Positions 1 through 11,449 of a DNA stretch of 52,961 nt are shown here, piece after piece. Made by a program: the position numbers and the translations under genes. Under the pieces are notes generated by a model that ran no database searches, was not told the origin of the DNA, and saw nothing but the letters and a program-made list of their open reading frames with translations. Position 1 is the first letter of the stretch; each line of letters begins with the position of its first letter. Where the stretch lies: positions 13,685,367-13,738,327 of the forward strand of contig NC_057753.1 of NCBI RefSeq assembly GCF_004010195.1, in the 5' to 3' direction. The stretch comes from Chiloscyllium plagiosum (taxonomy: Eukaryota).

Positions 1-152
1 GGGAGATATGCGGGCTTACCCTGTGTGGTTACAAAGGATATGGTCCAGGTACTGGCAACTGGGACTAGATTATGTTTGGATACCTTGTCAGCATGGACTA
101 GTTGGACTCAAGGGTCTGTTTATATGCTGTATATCTCTTTGACTCTATGACT
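1..152 (+). mobile_element. CR1-type LINE 3' end fragment
   Basis: 'gggagatatg...gcatggactagttggactcaagggtctgtttatatgctgtatatctctttgactctatgact' has the same 3' tail as the longer CR1 copy ending near 31780. Confidence 0.65.
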
Positions 153-329
153 CTCCCTCCAGCTTTGTGTCTGTCTGCTGCTTACGCTCGTTTTGGTTTG
201 TCAAAGGTGACCAGGAACGCATTATTTTTAGCTGCTCCTGTTATCCAAATGGCAGGACGTTATATACCCTCGTGGAAATTCGGCAGTTTTCCTACTCTCA
301 CACCAATGGAAAGCCATCGAATACACATA

Positions 330-1990
330 AATGCAGAAATTAGGAGCAGGAGTATGCCATGTATTGCCTTTAGCCTATTTCAAAATTCGATGTTATTATA
401 GAGGATTGTCTATTTCAATGCTGCATTCCCACTTCGATCGAATTCCATGGAGGCTTTAAAATAATTTTTAAAATGCTGCCTTTCTTCAATCTGATCAGTG
501 ACCTGCCATTCAAAATCTTCAATGATAAAGAAATTCCAGGAGTTCATAATCTTTTGGGGAAGATAGTTTTCCTCATCTCAGACCTTTTCCTGAGTCTGTG
601 TTCCTTAGTTTTGGATTCCCTAACGAGAAAAAACATTCAACCTCTATTTACTCTGTCCACCCCTGTTCATATTTTGTGTTGCAATCAGATCCCTTCTCAC
701 CTTTCTAAATTCGAATTAATGCAGGCTCAGTCAAACCTCGTTGCACAGTACTGTTATTGCTGCATCAGTCGAATGAACACCACTGCAAGCCTTTCCGTAA
801 AGCATATCACTTAATGAGCAGCATGGTGGCTCAGTGGTTAACACTGCTGCCTCACAGCACCAGAGTCCCAGGTTCTGCATGGGTTTCCTTTGGGTGCACC
901 GGTTTCCTCCCACAATCCAAAGGTGTGCAGGTCAGGTGGATTGGCGTCTAAATTGCCCATAGTGTTAGGTTAAGTAGTCAGAGGGAAATGGGTCTGGGTG
1001 GGTTACTCTTCGGAGGGTCGGTGTGGGATGATTGGGCCGAAGGGCCTGTTTCCACACTGTGGGAAATCTAATCTTAATTGTTTGGGGCACCAAAACTGCA
1101 CGCAACATAACAAATGTGGTCTGAATAATTGCAGTAGGAATTCTCTACTTCTGAACACGTCGTCTTGAAATCAAGGTCAACATTTACATTCCTAAATTGC
1201 TTGCTACACTTGCCTTCACACTCTCAATGACTGGGGTACATGGGAACCTATATCCCTTTGTGCAGGCATCCTTCTCAGTATGATAACATTGTAGTAACAC
1301 TCTAATTTAGTTTTACTTTTCATATCGAAATGTATAAGTTCACAAACTGGCATGTTGTACAACACATTATTTGCTCATATTATCAAAATCATCTTGAAGC
1401 TTCGATTAGTTCAGGATTGGCTTGAAAAAAAAAACGTGAATCCAACCACCACGGCATACAGTAAGCAGTTTTGACCTTTTTATAAAATGAAAGATACATT
1501 TACATTTGAAACTATCCGGAGATAGTTACTTAGGTTGGTCTTGGCTATGGGGCGACTCCCATATGAGAAGATGTCACACAGCTTGATTCTGTGCTCATTG
1601 ACCTTTAAAAGATTGAGAAGTGACCTTACTGAAATATATAAAATACTTATGTAAGAAACATATATGCATATCATGATCTATAATTTGACAGGGTAGGATG
1701 TTTCCCCTTGTGAGACAGGCTTGGAACAAGTGGTCAGCTGTTTAAGGCAGAAATGATGGGAAATTTGAATGATGTGTAGTGAAACGCTTTATCATAGAGC
1801 CATGGCATCATTTAGTATATTCAAGGCTGTTATGGACAGATTTTAATCATTAAGAGAACTACAGGTTGTGTGCAGACGACAGGAAAGGTGATTTGAGGCT
1901 TATCGGATCAGCCATGATGGAATTGAATGACAGAGGAGACTCGATAGGCTGAGTGACCAATTTCTGTTCCTCTGTCTTACGGGCTTATGG
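330..1990. mobile_element. Highly decayed CR1-like LINE 3' remnants (antisense ~330-1380, sense ~1600-1990), interrupted by a SINE
   Basis: Recognisable pieces such as 'gcagaaattaggagcaggagtatgcc' and 'ggatcagccatgatggaattgaatgacagaggagactcgataggctgagtgacc'; boundaries approximate. Confidence 0.45.
818..1073 (+). mobile_element. HE1-type (tRNA-derived) shark SINE, internally deleted
   Basis: Head 'gcagcatggtggctcagtggttaacactgctgcctcacagc', core 'ggtttcctcccacaatccaaagg', tail 'gggccgaagggcctgtttccacactgt...aatctaatc'; matches the 12441-12757 copy. Confidence 0.85.
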
Positions 1991-2224
1991 AAAAGGAAAG
2001 GATAGTATGTAAATGACAATCCCTTCTTCTTAGTGCCCTGGGAAAACAAATTAAAATAAAGAACAGGTTAATCTATTTCCAATTGCAAACTGCCTGTTCT
2101 GTGGCCAATATTGTTTAATCAGATTCTCATCTGCAATTGAAACTGATATAATATTACTTTTCCGAAGCTGAAACGACAGTCTAATGTTCTCCTTAAAATA
2201 TGTGTTTGAGTTAATTCAAGTACT

Positions 2225-2383
2225 ATAGAGATGCTACTGATCTTAGCAGGACTTATGCACTTAATGGTAAGATCCTGGGGAGTGTACTGAGCAAAGAGAC
2301 CTTGGAGTGCAGGTTCATAGCTCCTTGAAAGTGGGTTGGACCGAAGGGTCTGTTTCCATGCTGTACATCTCTATGACTCTATA
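2225..2383 (+). mobile_element. CR1 LINE fragment (ORF2 piece joined to 3' tail)
   Basis: 'gagcaaagagaccttggagtgcaggttcatagctccttgaaagtgg' plus 'gaagggtctgtttccatgctgtacatctctatgactcta'; both are similar to parts of 31090-31780. Confidence 0.7.
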
Positions 2384-2477
2384 ATGAGATATGAGGATAC
2401 TCAGCGGCTGTTACTATCTCCATCTTTGCAGATCTAGTCACATGTTTATGAAACAACTGCGGTGATTCAGCTTTCAG

Positions 2478-2560
2478 TTATCCTGATTCAAATACTGCCG
2501 ATCCTTCAATTCAATGGGAAAACACAGCCTCGTACTTAACTCTTTATGGCTATTTAAACA
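2478..2560 (-). pseudogene. Possible decayed NAR-type J segment with 5' RSS
   Basis: Minus strand: TGTTTAAAT-22nt-GGCTGTG (heptamer at 2529-2523), then '...att gaa gga tc ggc agt att' = I-E-G-(S)-G-S-I with a 1-nt frameshift. No intact GT donor. Confidence 0.3.
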
Positions 2561-2848
2561 GATTTAGATAAATAAACAATATTCACTGATTCGCAGATTA
2601 TATCCACCCAAGTGGTTGTCTGTGAGACTTATTGATATTAATGAGGTAGTTCAGGAATGCCAGCTAGAATTGGACAGATCATTAAAGCTGAGGAAAATGG
2701 ACCAGCAGTATGACAAAGAAGAGCAAATTGCCTCGAAATTCATTTGGAATGAAGGGATGCTGCCATCAGTGTTTCGTCGTTGCGGTCTGCAGCATCAAGT
2801 TGCGATTGTGTATTGCACATCATCAAGCCGATGAAATGCTTAGACGTG

Positions 2849-3331
2849 TACTTCACTTCACAGAAGTAGATGGTGGTGTCTTCAAGTTTTATGTCTCGAA
2901 TTACGAGCGAAAGAGTATTTTCTGTTCTATTGGTCCTTACAGACATTCGAACTTCAATGGAGATGTGCTGACACCGTGGACTGCTCACTGTTAGGCTGAA
3001 AAAATAACCACTTCGAAAATAATGAAATACAGCGCCAAAGCGAGCATAGGTAATAGTGGGAGATTAGTACTCCTTTCTGGTAACTGCTGCCGGACTCTGT
3101 GTTACTGACTAACCAAAAACGTCTAGAAATTCAAGAGAGAGAGAGAGAGAGAGAGAAAGCGCTTCATGGTTACCACTAAATAGATGAACTGAAACAACAT
3201 CGCTAAATAAACAAGCACGAAGCTCACTGGAATCGGACTGCTTTATATTACATTCACATATTCTCACCAGATTTGAGTACACTCATATTGTAAACAGACA
3301 CCAAGGATTAAAAAAAAAGGATTTCTATCAT
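2849..3331 (-). pseudogene. IgNAR-like V pseudogene, best matching the NAR-TCR N-terminal V segment
   Basis: Leader 3331-3287 (MIEILFFLILGVCLQ if one T is restored; donor GT>AT). Acceptor tttctag at 3123. Exon 3122-2849 reads in one frame: (Y)VFG*SVTQSPAAVTRKEY*SPTITYARFGAVFHYFRSGYFFSLTVSSPRCQHISIEVRMSVRTNRTENTLSLVIRDIKLEDTTIYFCEVK, then a degenerate heptamer CACGTCT (2848-2842). 61 residues lie between the Cys positions, and GYFF replaces the WYxQ motif. Confidence 0.8.
3135..3156. repeat. (GA)n microsatellite forming the polypyrimidine tract of the NAR-like V intron
   Basis: Direct reading. Confidence 0.9.
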
Positions 3332-3532
3332 TTTATTTTCTGGTATGAGGGTTCATGGAATTGGCATTTGAAGGTTCGCAGCGCTGAAATACCTCAGAGG
3401 TTCTCGAGTTTATTTGAACATGGCTGTGCCTGGGATATCATTGGTGAGCTGCACATAACCATGTCATAGCTATATGTTTTCTGAGGGGGAGGTTCAAAGA
3501 AGGAGCTGTCGTTTAACCAGTTCTGTGAGATT

Positions 3533-3542
3533 GATGTCACAA
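3533..3542 (-). promoter_or_regulatory. CRE-like decamer TGTGACATCA ~200 bp upstream of the NAR-like leader
   Basis: One mismatch to the TCR V promoter decamer AGTGAYRTCA; position is plausible. Confidence 0.35.
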
Positions 3543-6500
3543 TTACTCCTTTTTAAAATTTGACTTTCAGGAACGGAGGATGGATGTAGGCCTGTTCAGT
3601 TTGCAGTCACTAAAGCATTTAATTGGAAACTTAGCCGATGTGCTTCTACTGAGTGTTTTCTGATGACGGAACACAGGCTTACGATGCCAGCAGAATCATC
3701 TAGCAATGACCCCACGCCGAGTGTCCCACCCCTCGCTCTTCTTCCAATAGTACAGACAGTTCTGACCATCTGCTTGAACATGCTAATGGGTTAAAGTTGC
3801 AACGTTTGTTCAGAAGGATGATGCCTCAGACACGGATAGCGTTCCTCAGTACAGTACCTGACAAAGTCATTGCAATTGAAGACCGTCCAGTGGCAAAATC
3901 GAAGAGTATACATATAATATCCATGTAGAATGAACTCCCCCTCTGATTTAAATGTACTAGACTGCACTTTGCGTTTCTAACGACATTAACTTCAACGATG
4001 ATAAATGGTTTGCATCAGAACATCGGTATGAAAACATTTGGAAGTCCTTTGTGCATTTTAGGTTTAGCTGAACAAATGAAGCAATATGCAGTATCCACAC
4101 GAGCAATAATTTTCAAGTGAATCTCTCACCTCAGGTGACCTTCTATGCAAGCTCATAGTGGGTTCAGCTATTTCTGTGGGAAATCTATTTTAAAAATACG
4201 TGTCATGAAAGGAATTGATATAGAACGCTTAATAACAAACAAAGTGCACAAATAAATGTGACACCTAAAAGCACTGCATAATTGAGAAGTAAGAGAAATG
4301 ATGCAAGGCTAAGATTTTAGGTCATATGATGGAACTAAGCTTAGTATATACCATTGGGGACACCACATGATGGAGACAGTTGGGTTGGGTTTTCCGCAGT
4401 GTCTAAAGTCAGAAGGATGAGAAGTCCATAATGGAATCATTGCCATCCTTGAAGTTGCAAACAGATGTTATAAAACCATGAGTTAATCTGTTCAGTGAAC
4501 TGCATCGAAGATATGGATTTTAACTCATTTCTACCTCTGGGGGATCTGACTCGGAATAAATAAAGGAGGATTTGACAGGTTCGCTGAGTTAAATTCTATA
4601 GCATCAGTAATTCCTTATTTTTCCCAAAAGATGGCCAAGTCTTTACTGTTTGCTATCCGATTCTCACTGCTATTGGTGCGCCTGGTAAGTCATGGATCCC
4701 AAGTAAGTTATCTAGCTTTTCTAAACCTTCAGATATTTTGTATCTTCCCTTGCAGAATGGGTTGAATATTGTGAATAATCAGAGGTGTCTGAGCATAATG
4801 AACTTTACATGTGTTACAATATTATGAAATTGATAATACCACATTATGCAGTATTTGCTGGATTAGAGTGCAATCTTTGCACTTTCATCATGGAGTATTA
4901 AAAAGTTACAAACTTACCATTCTGCACGTTTTTACGTTGATGAAATATGTATTGTAATATATTGAATCTTAATTTGTCATGTTACTGATCATTATGTTTT
5001 ACTCTAACTTATTGAAATATTCTTGTGTTTTTGTAATGCTTATCATCATTACATATGACAATGTAGTAAAATGGAATTTTCAAGCACTGATTTTATAATT
5101 ATTTTGCAAAATGAATTGTTTAGTACTATTATTAGAATAGCTGTGTTACCGTATAAAATATATGTAGTGAGTATAGAAATCTAGAGTGAGACATTAAGAT
5201 GAATGTAATTGTTGCAGCAGAGCGAGATCCCACTGAGCAGCCCTTGTTGTTAATGTGATCTTCAGAATTAATAACGGAAACGTTTGAACAAATTCAACGA
5301 AGGTGCAATATTTTAAATCGGTTACATATTGTGTTCTGTGATGATAGGTCTTTTACATTTGGATTTTATATTTGCTGATAGTAGTTCTTAATGTTGAGTG
5401 GCATGTGGTAGCGACCGACAGTTCAATTTTTTGCTCATTCCTACTTAGCAGTTGCAAATATGCAAGTAACATTTGTTTCCTCAGCTTGTGCAGTGTATAT
5501 GGTCAGACTGTTTGATACCAGATGAAATAAGGAAATATCAAGGCAGATGAACACAAGTTTGATCGATGTGTTAGATCAGAAAGAACGTGGTGAAGACGTG
5601 TGGACATATGAAGACATTAAGGTTCATTGGAATCATTGGTATTGTTAATGTGGCAAACAGCAAAACACAAAACAACAGCGCTGTACAATGATTTGTATCA
5701 GAGCTATACGGAGGGACATAACTGGATGTTCACTCTGATCCCTGGGCTTTGTATAGGTGCCAAAACTATGGAGCTATTTGGGCAATTCTAAGAGTAAATG
5801 TTTTTTGCAAACTGAAACGTTGTCAGAAAACGAGACGATCCGGACAAACTGTTAGTGGATGGATCGATAAATAAGGAGTTGGTCAAGAAATGCTCCAGTT
5901 GACATTAAACTGAATGCGTGGAGGATTGACTCAGCGACTAGTGCTGTGGACCGTGCCAAACACCTTCGAATTATTTTAAGGAAATAGCCTAGCACTTAAC
6001 TTTTTATTTAAACAAAAGCAACTGCAAGACGTTGTGTTCCAGATGTAATTTAATTTCTCCACCACTAGGCTTTAAGCAAAGCGTACTGTATTCTAACTAC
6101 ACAGCAAGAGTGAAACAGGAAAGAGAGAATTGGCATAACTTTAACTCTATGGACAAACTTAATAAAATAATTTATTATTTAAGCAGTAATCATTAACCGG
6201 TCGTGTACAGCAGTATCCCATAAATGAAAACTAGGCAAAGGCAAAACAGCAGAACACACTTTCCTCACGTGCTCTCTCCAGTCCAGGAGAAAGTAATACT
6301 GAATCTACCAGAATAAAGAGAGCACGTGACAGAGACAGAGAGAGAGAACTGTATCAATCAGCTTCAACAGCCAACTCCAAATCCCAACTGAAAGCAAAAC
6401 TAAAATCGTAGGACTGCGTGAGCCTGACTTCAGCCACTCATATTTCCTTCGACTATTCAATAAAGAAACGCTCAAGAAATTCCAAGTTATTTACCCACTG

Positions 6501-6579
6501 CTTCTGAAACAGCCATTCTAGCACATTGTGACAACACCAGTCTCTAAGAGAAATTACACAGAACAAGGTATCCCTTCAA

Positions 6580-6930
6580 GGCAGCATGATGGCTCAATGT
6601 TTAGCACTGCTACTTGGCAGCACCAGCGACCCAGGTTCAAACCCACCCTTGGGCGACTGTCTGCGTGGAGTTTGCACATTCTCCTCGTGCTTGCATGGCT
6701 TACTCTGTGCTCTGGTTTTCCTCCCACATATCAACGATGTGCAGATTAGGAGTAGATTGGCCATGCTAAATTGACCATAGTGCTTAGCAGTGTGTAGCCG
6801 AGATGGATTAACCATGGGAAAGGCAGGGTTACAGGGATAGATTTGGGTGGTGTGAGTGGATGGGAAGCGTTTATCAGGTTGGAATTGGCGGGCAGAATGG
6901 ACTGTTCCATACGTAGGGCTTGTATGAAAG
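6580..6930 (+). mobile_element. HE1-type SINE, diverged
   Basis: 'ggcagcatgatggctcaatgtttagcactgct...gtggagtttgcacattctcc...ggccatgctaaattgacc'. Confidence 0.8.
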
Positions 6931-8028
6931 TAGACTACCATCACACTGGAGAGTATAATTTTTAAGAGAGGTTGATTGAAATGCATTAGGTATTCTCAAA
7001 CAAATAATACACTATTCGATACCATCAATTACCAAGGGATTTAAAACAGTTAATGAATAGATGGGAAAGAAACAGTTGAAGGGACTTCCAAAATGAAGTA
7101 AAGGAAACTGCAGTTGGGATTTGGAATCATTTATATCCAAATCCCCATTTGCAGCGAGTTTCGTGGTGATCATAATCTAAGCCTGTGTCATTATGGTCTC
7201 TCCCAGTGAGTCACCTAGCACCTCGTGGCAATAGGGACAACTGATGTGTTTAGTAACATCAGTGTTATCATCCTAAACCGGATTGGAAACATTTATTTTC
7301 GGAACAGTGTACTCTCCACAACACCTTTGTGCAGGCCTATGTAATGAGGGATGGCTAGGTCTGGCTGACTGTTGTCTTTACCATTGGCCATTCTGTGCCC
7401 ATCTGCTGCCAAAGCCTCAAGACCAGATACTGCACCGAGAAAACTGATCGCTAGTTATAGGAATGGTCTGCTTCTTGAACTGCATCAAGAATGTTCCTTT
7501 CTACATCGTCTTCAAACGTTTGTGCACTGTGGACAGGGTGCTGCGGTTCTGTGTGATCAAATCCAGTTTCTACACTTCGCTCATCTGGCAGGCAGATGAC
7601 TGGCTGGATCACATCCCAGTCCCCATCTCCCTTTCTTCCTCATTTCGTTGCTCAATGTCCTGACTGTAAGACATATGTCACCAGCTTGGATTTCAATGAC
7701 ACTCAGTATATCGTTCAAGAAACAAAAAAATCATGCTGCAGTTTCTGTGTTCCTGCAATAATGTCTTCATCTATGCAATAGCCCAGAAAAAAGTTTGGAG
7801 ATAAGTTGAAGATGCTGAAATGCCTTCACTCGACAGTAAAACAGACTGTGCAATGCTTATTTCAGATTGGTACATCGCAGCACTCGCTCTCTAGAACCAG
7901 AAATAACAAGTTTGTTGTTTGTGTCAATGCCTTAAATAGAATTATGATCTCACAATGTCGCTATTTCGGAAAAGAAAGGAACAAGGAGAGATATCTTCAG
8001 GTTCTTTTCCGATATTTGCCACTTTTAG

Positions 8029-8356
8029 NNNNNNNNNNNNNNNNNNNNNNNNNNNNNNNNNNNNNNNNNNNNNNNNNNNNNNNNNNNNNNNNNNNNNNNN
8101 NNNNNNNNNNNNNNNNNNNNNNNNNNNNNNNNNNNNNNNNNNNNNNNNNNNNNNNNNNNNNNNNNNNNNNNNNNNNNNNNNNNNNNNNNNNNNNNNNNNN
8201 NNNNNNNNNNNNNNNNNNNNNNNNNNNNNNNNNNNNNNNNNNNNNNNNNNNNNNNNNNNNNNNNNNNNNNNNNNNNNNNNNNNNNNNNNNNNNNNNNNNN
8301 NNNNNNNNNNNNNNNNNNNNNNNNNNNNNNNNNNNNNNNNNNNNNNNNNNNNNNNN
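8029..8356. other. Run of 328 N (gap or masked sequence) occupying an apparent V-exon slot
   Basis: Preceded immediately by 'gccacttttag' and followed immediately by 'cacgccg'-22nt-'acagtatgg'. Confidence 0.9.
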
Positions 8357-8394
8357 CACGCCGAGATTAACACGCGTCCTTCTGTACAGTATGG
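8357..8394 (+). promoter_or_regulatory. Degenerate RSS-like element (heptamer / 22-nt spacer / nonamer)
   Basis: CACGCCG agattaacacgcgtccttctgt ACAGTATGG. The spacer ends in 'tgt', as in the RSSs at 15888 and 24123. Confidence 0.5.
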
Positions 8395-8774
8395 ATATAA
8401 GCAGCATTATTGGCAATCATCTGTGGGCTCAACCTTCCAAAACCGTAAATTATGTGCTATCTTAAGAAATGCTGCAAAATTATTTGTACAGTGGAAAATC
8501 TATATCAGATCCTAGTCACTGAATACCATATATCTGCTGATCTTGTTTCTTTTTTCACGCAATTTTCAAGTTCTTGGCTTCCAAATAATTATGTAAAAAT
8601 AAAATAACTTCAAATATTTGATGATCCAACCGAATTATACAGAAATGCAAGAAGTCATGCTTCATTTCGTATCTTCTCAGAACGTGCCATAGCTATCAAA
8701 GTCCCTTCTTCATTTCTCTGACCATATATCTTGAAAACGCAGTTAATTCAATAAATTAATGTAGTGTTCTTATT

Positions 8775-8970
8775 CTCGGGGGATTGGTGCGTTCAGGTGG
8801 CTGGTTGGCTGGTTTGCAATGCAAATTGATGACAAACGTGTGAGTTCAATTCATAGACCAGCTTAGGTTACCATGAATGACTCGCCTTCTTAACCTCTCA
8901 CCTCGCCTGAGAGATGATGATCCTTATTTTAAACCTCTACCTTCGTTTTTTTTCTTTCTCTCTCTAATTA
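8775..8970 (+). mobile_element. Decayed tRNA-derived SINE (second family)
   Basis: B-box-like 'gagttcaattc', followed by 'ggttaccatgaatgactcgccttcttaacctctcacctcgcctgag' and a (ct)-rich tail. Confidence 0.45.
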
Positions 8971-9039
8971 AAAATAATTTTATCCAAATCGAATAAACGC
9001 TGGTCAGAAAAACTAACTATTCTCGCATGTGTACCTTGG

Positions 9040-10160
9040 TGCAGCAAGAGCACATCTAAATGGGTGTGTCTGCCTCTAATTCCATTAAAGGCAGTTAATT
9101 CTAGATTCTCCCCCATCCTGTCGATGAAAATACATTTCCTCACATCCCTCTAAACCAGTTGCGTTTCACTTTGGATTTATGCCCCCGGCCACTGATCTTT
9201 TCACCAAGTTGAAAGTTCATCTCTCTATACTCGATTTATGCATTTATAATTTCACCATGACTCACAAAGCTATGAATTCCATCTGCATTCTTAACCATTC
9301 CCTTAGGTCTTGGTGCACATGCGCACTGAGATACCCCTGATCCACGGTACTTTCATGGGCTATTACCATTCATTATTGATTCCCTTGCCTTGTTTGTCGT
9401 ACCAAAGGGCACAACCGCAGACTTATCCAAATTGAATTCCATTTGCCGTTGAGCAGCCCATCTGTCGCAGTAACTGCAAGACTTTTCTTCAACGATGCAA
9501 GGCATCAGCGAGACCACAGCTCGAACATTGAGTATTTGGTCCTTAGCTGAGGAGGGATGTGTTTTCATTGGAGGTAACTCATTGCCAATCCAAAAAGGTT
9601 GTCCTCCAGAAGGAGGTAGTGAAGGTGGCCTTCTTAAACCACGGCAATGCTTGTGCTGTAGGTAGACCAACAATGCCGCTAGCGAAGGATTTTCACGCTC
9701 TGACCAAGCGACAATGAAGGAACTGCGATGTGTTTTCAATTCAGGATGGTGAATGACTCAGATGGGAACTTTTGTGTGTTGGTAATCCCATTATCTGCTG
9801 TCCTTTCCCTTCTTAACACATGTGGTCGTGGATTTGGAAGGTGTTGTCTAAGAATATGTCTAAGGCAAATTTCTGCAATGCATATCTTGTAGATAATGCA
9901 TACTATTGCTTCTCAGCATCGGCGCTGAAGGGAGTGGATACTTGCAGAAGTCCTGACAATCAATAATTGTCCTTTGACCTGGATGGTGTCGAACTTCGCA
10001 AGTGTTGTTGGAGCTGCCCTCGTACAGGCCAGTGGGTGTATTCCATTACATTTTAGAAACAATCTTTCTTTCATAAGACAACCCCATCATGTCTAGAATC
10101 AATTTAGTGAACCTCGTCGGAATTGCCACCAATACAACTAGGCCTTTCTTCAATTGTGGA
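9040..10160 (-). mobile_element. Decayed CR1/L2-like LINE remnants, antisense
   Basis: Minus-strand translation 'DRWAAQRQMEFNLDKSAVVPFG' resembles the CR1 ORF2 C-terminal region (W..MEFN..KC.V.HFG). Confidence 0.55.
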
Positions 10161-11449
10161 AAAGTGGCATCCCTTCTAATTGTCGAAATCCATCATGTTG
10201 TTGGGTGCTTGCAGACAGAAATTCTGCATTGAGCAGTCCTCAGTTTCGAACCATTTTAGGAGCAAAGTTGGAACAGAAAAGTTGCGTTGAAACTTAATGT
10301 CAGATGTTGACAACAGAAACACTGTGTCCTCTAATGTAGAGAAAATAATGGACGTTTTTGAAATGGCCAGGTTAACAGTGCTTGCCACTTGCCAGCATCT
10401 TGCTTCAGAAATATTCCGTCAGTAAATATATTTATTACATTCAGTTGGGAATTATATGATTTAAAGCTTTATCGGTGCTATTCGACAAAATCTCAACTTT
10501 ATGCCTTATGCTGAGCTTCAGAGACACATTTAGACTGTTTGATATTTTAATTCAATTGGAACTATTTTAATAAAAAGAGCAGTGCTGTTGACTCTTGGTT
10601 GATTTTGTATCTTGATTGTTTTACGCAAGAATTCTGAGATGGTTCCAGTATGATTTATAGAAATAGTTCATGGGATACAGACAACACTAACTATGGCAGC
10701 ACTTATTGTCTACTTATATTTCCCCTAAAGAAAACGTTGGTGAGCTGCATTCTCAAACTGGGCGTTGATTCACCCCAGGCACGAGAAACTAATCCTTTGT
10801 CAATTCCTTCACGAGATAAAAGAAAACAAGAACCCAGATCTGGGGATTAGCAAAAACGTTGGCGTTCAATGTGGGATGCACTGAGACATCGAACCTTCTT
10901 CGTAAAATAAACCAAAGGGCTTGCTTCTGATCATTATGGTGTCCCAGCGAAAATTAATCTGTGAAAATTGCTTTTAACTTGAAACACCATGGGCGTTCCA
11001 ACTTTATGTTAAAAATTTTATGCAAGATGCATAAGAATGAGTTTAGTGTCAGGACAGATGGCAGTGGCGTCAATGGATGTAATGGATGCCAGTTCATTGC
11101 TATTTCTGTTGAATACTTTTGGGGTGGGAACTCTACTTTGTGCTACCCGTTTTCCTGACTTACAGGTATACGTTTCCTTTCTCCAGGGAGAAAATGGCAC
11201 CTCACACTGAATCCTTCTGAAATCAGATAAAGTACATTCCACCTCCACAAATATAGTGCCAAAAAGCTTTGTGTATTTCTATGGTAGAGACTACTACATG
11301 ACACCAGGAAAATGCGCGTGACGGTGACTCTCAATAAGACCGTGTCTCTCTTGGAAATATGTCAAAAAAAGGAGCGAACGTCAAAGCTGCAGACAACCTG
11401 TGAATCAGACTGCTTGAGATTGCTCTTAAACAATGTTTGATATTAAGAG

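Noticed and set aside
735-775. Minus-strand 'TDAAI..QYCATR' resembling the end of a supporting V
   Set aside because: Frameshifted, no RSS, and collinear with the surrounding antisense CR1 remnant
6000-6531. Possible solo LTR-like repeat ending in 'attgtgaca'
   Set aside because: Other terminus and TSD could not be defined by eye
7806-8515. Long ORFs spanning the N run
   Set aside because: Artefacts of translating Ns
10214-10400. Acceptor plus 'IEQSSVS...KVGTEKLR*NL' FR1-like reading
   Set aside because: No W motif, YYC or RSS follows; too weak
11018-11350. Ig-like snippets on both strands (VECTLSD, WRKETYTCK, RVTVTLNKTVSLLEI)
   Set aside because: The motifs are mutually inconsistent in strand and spacing, with no splice site and RSS framework
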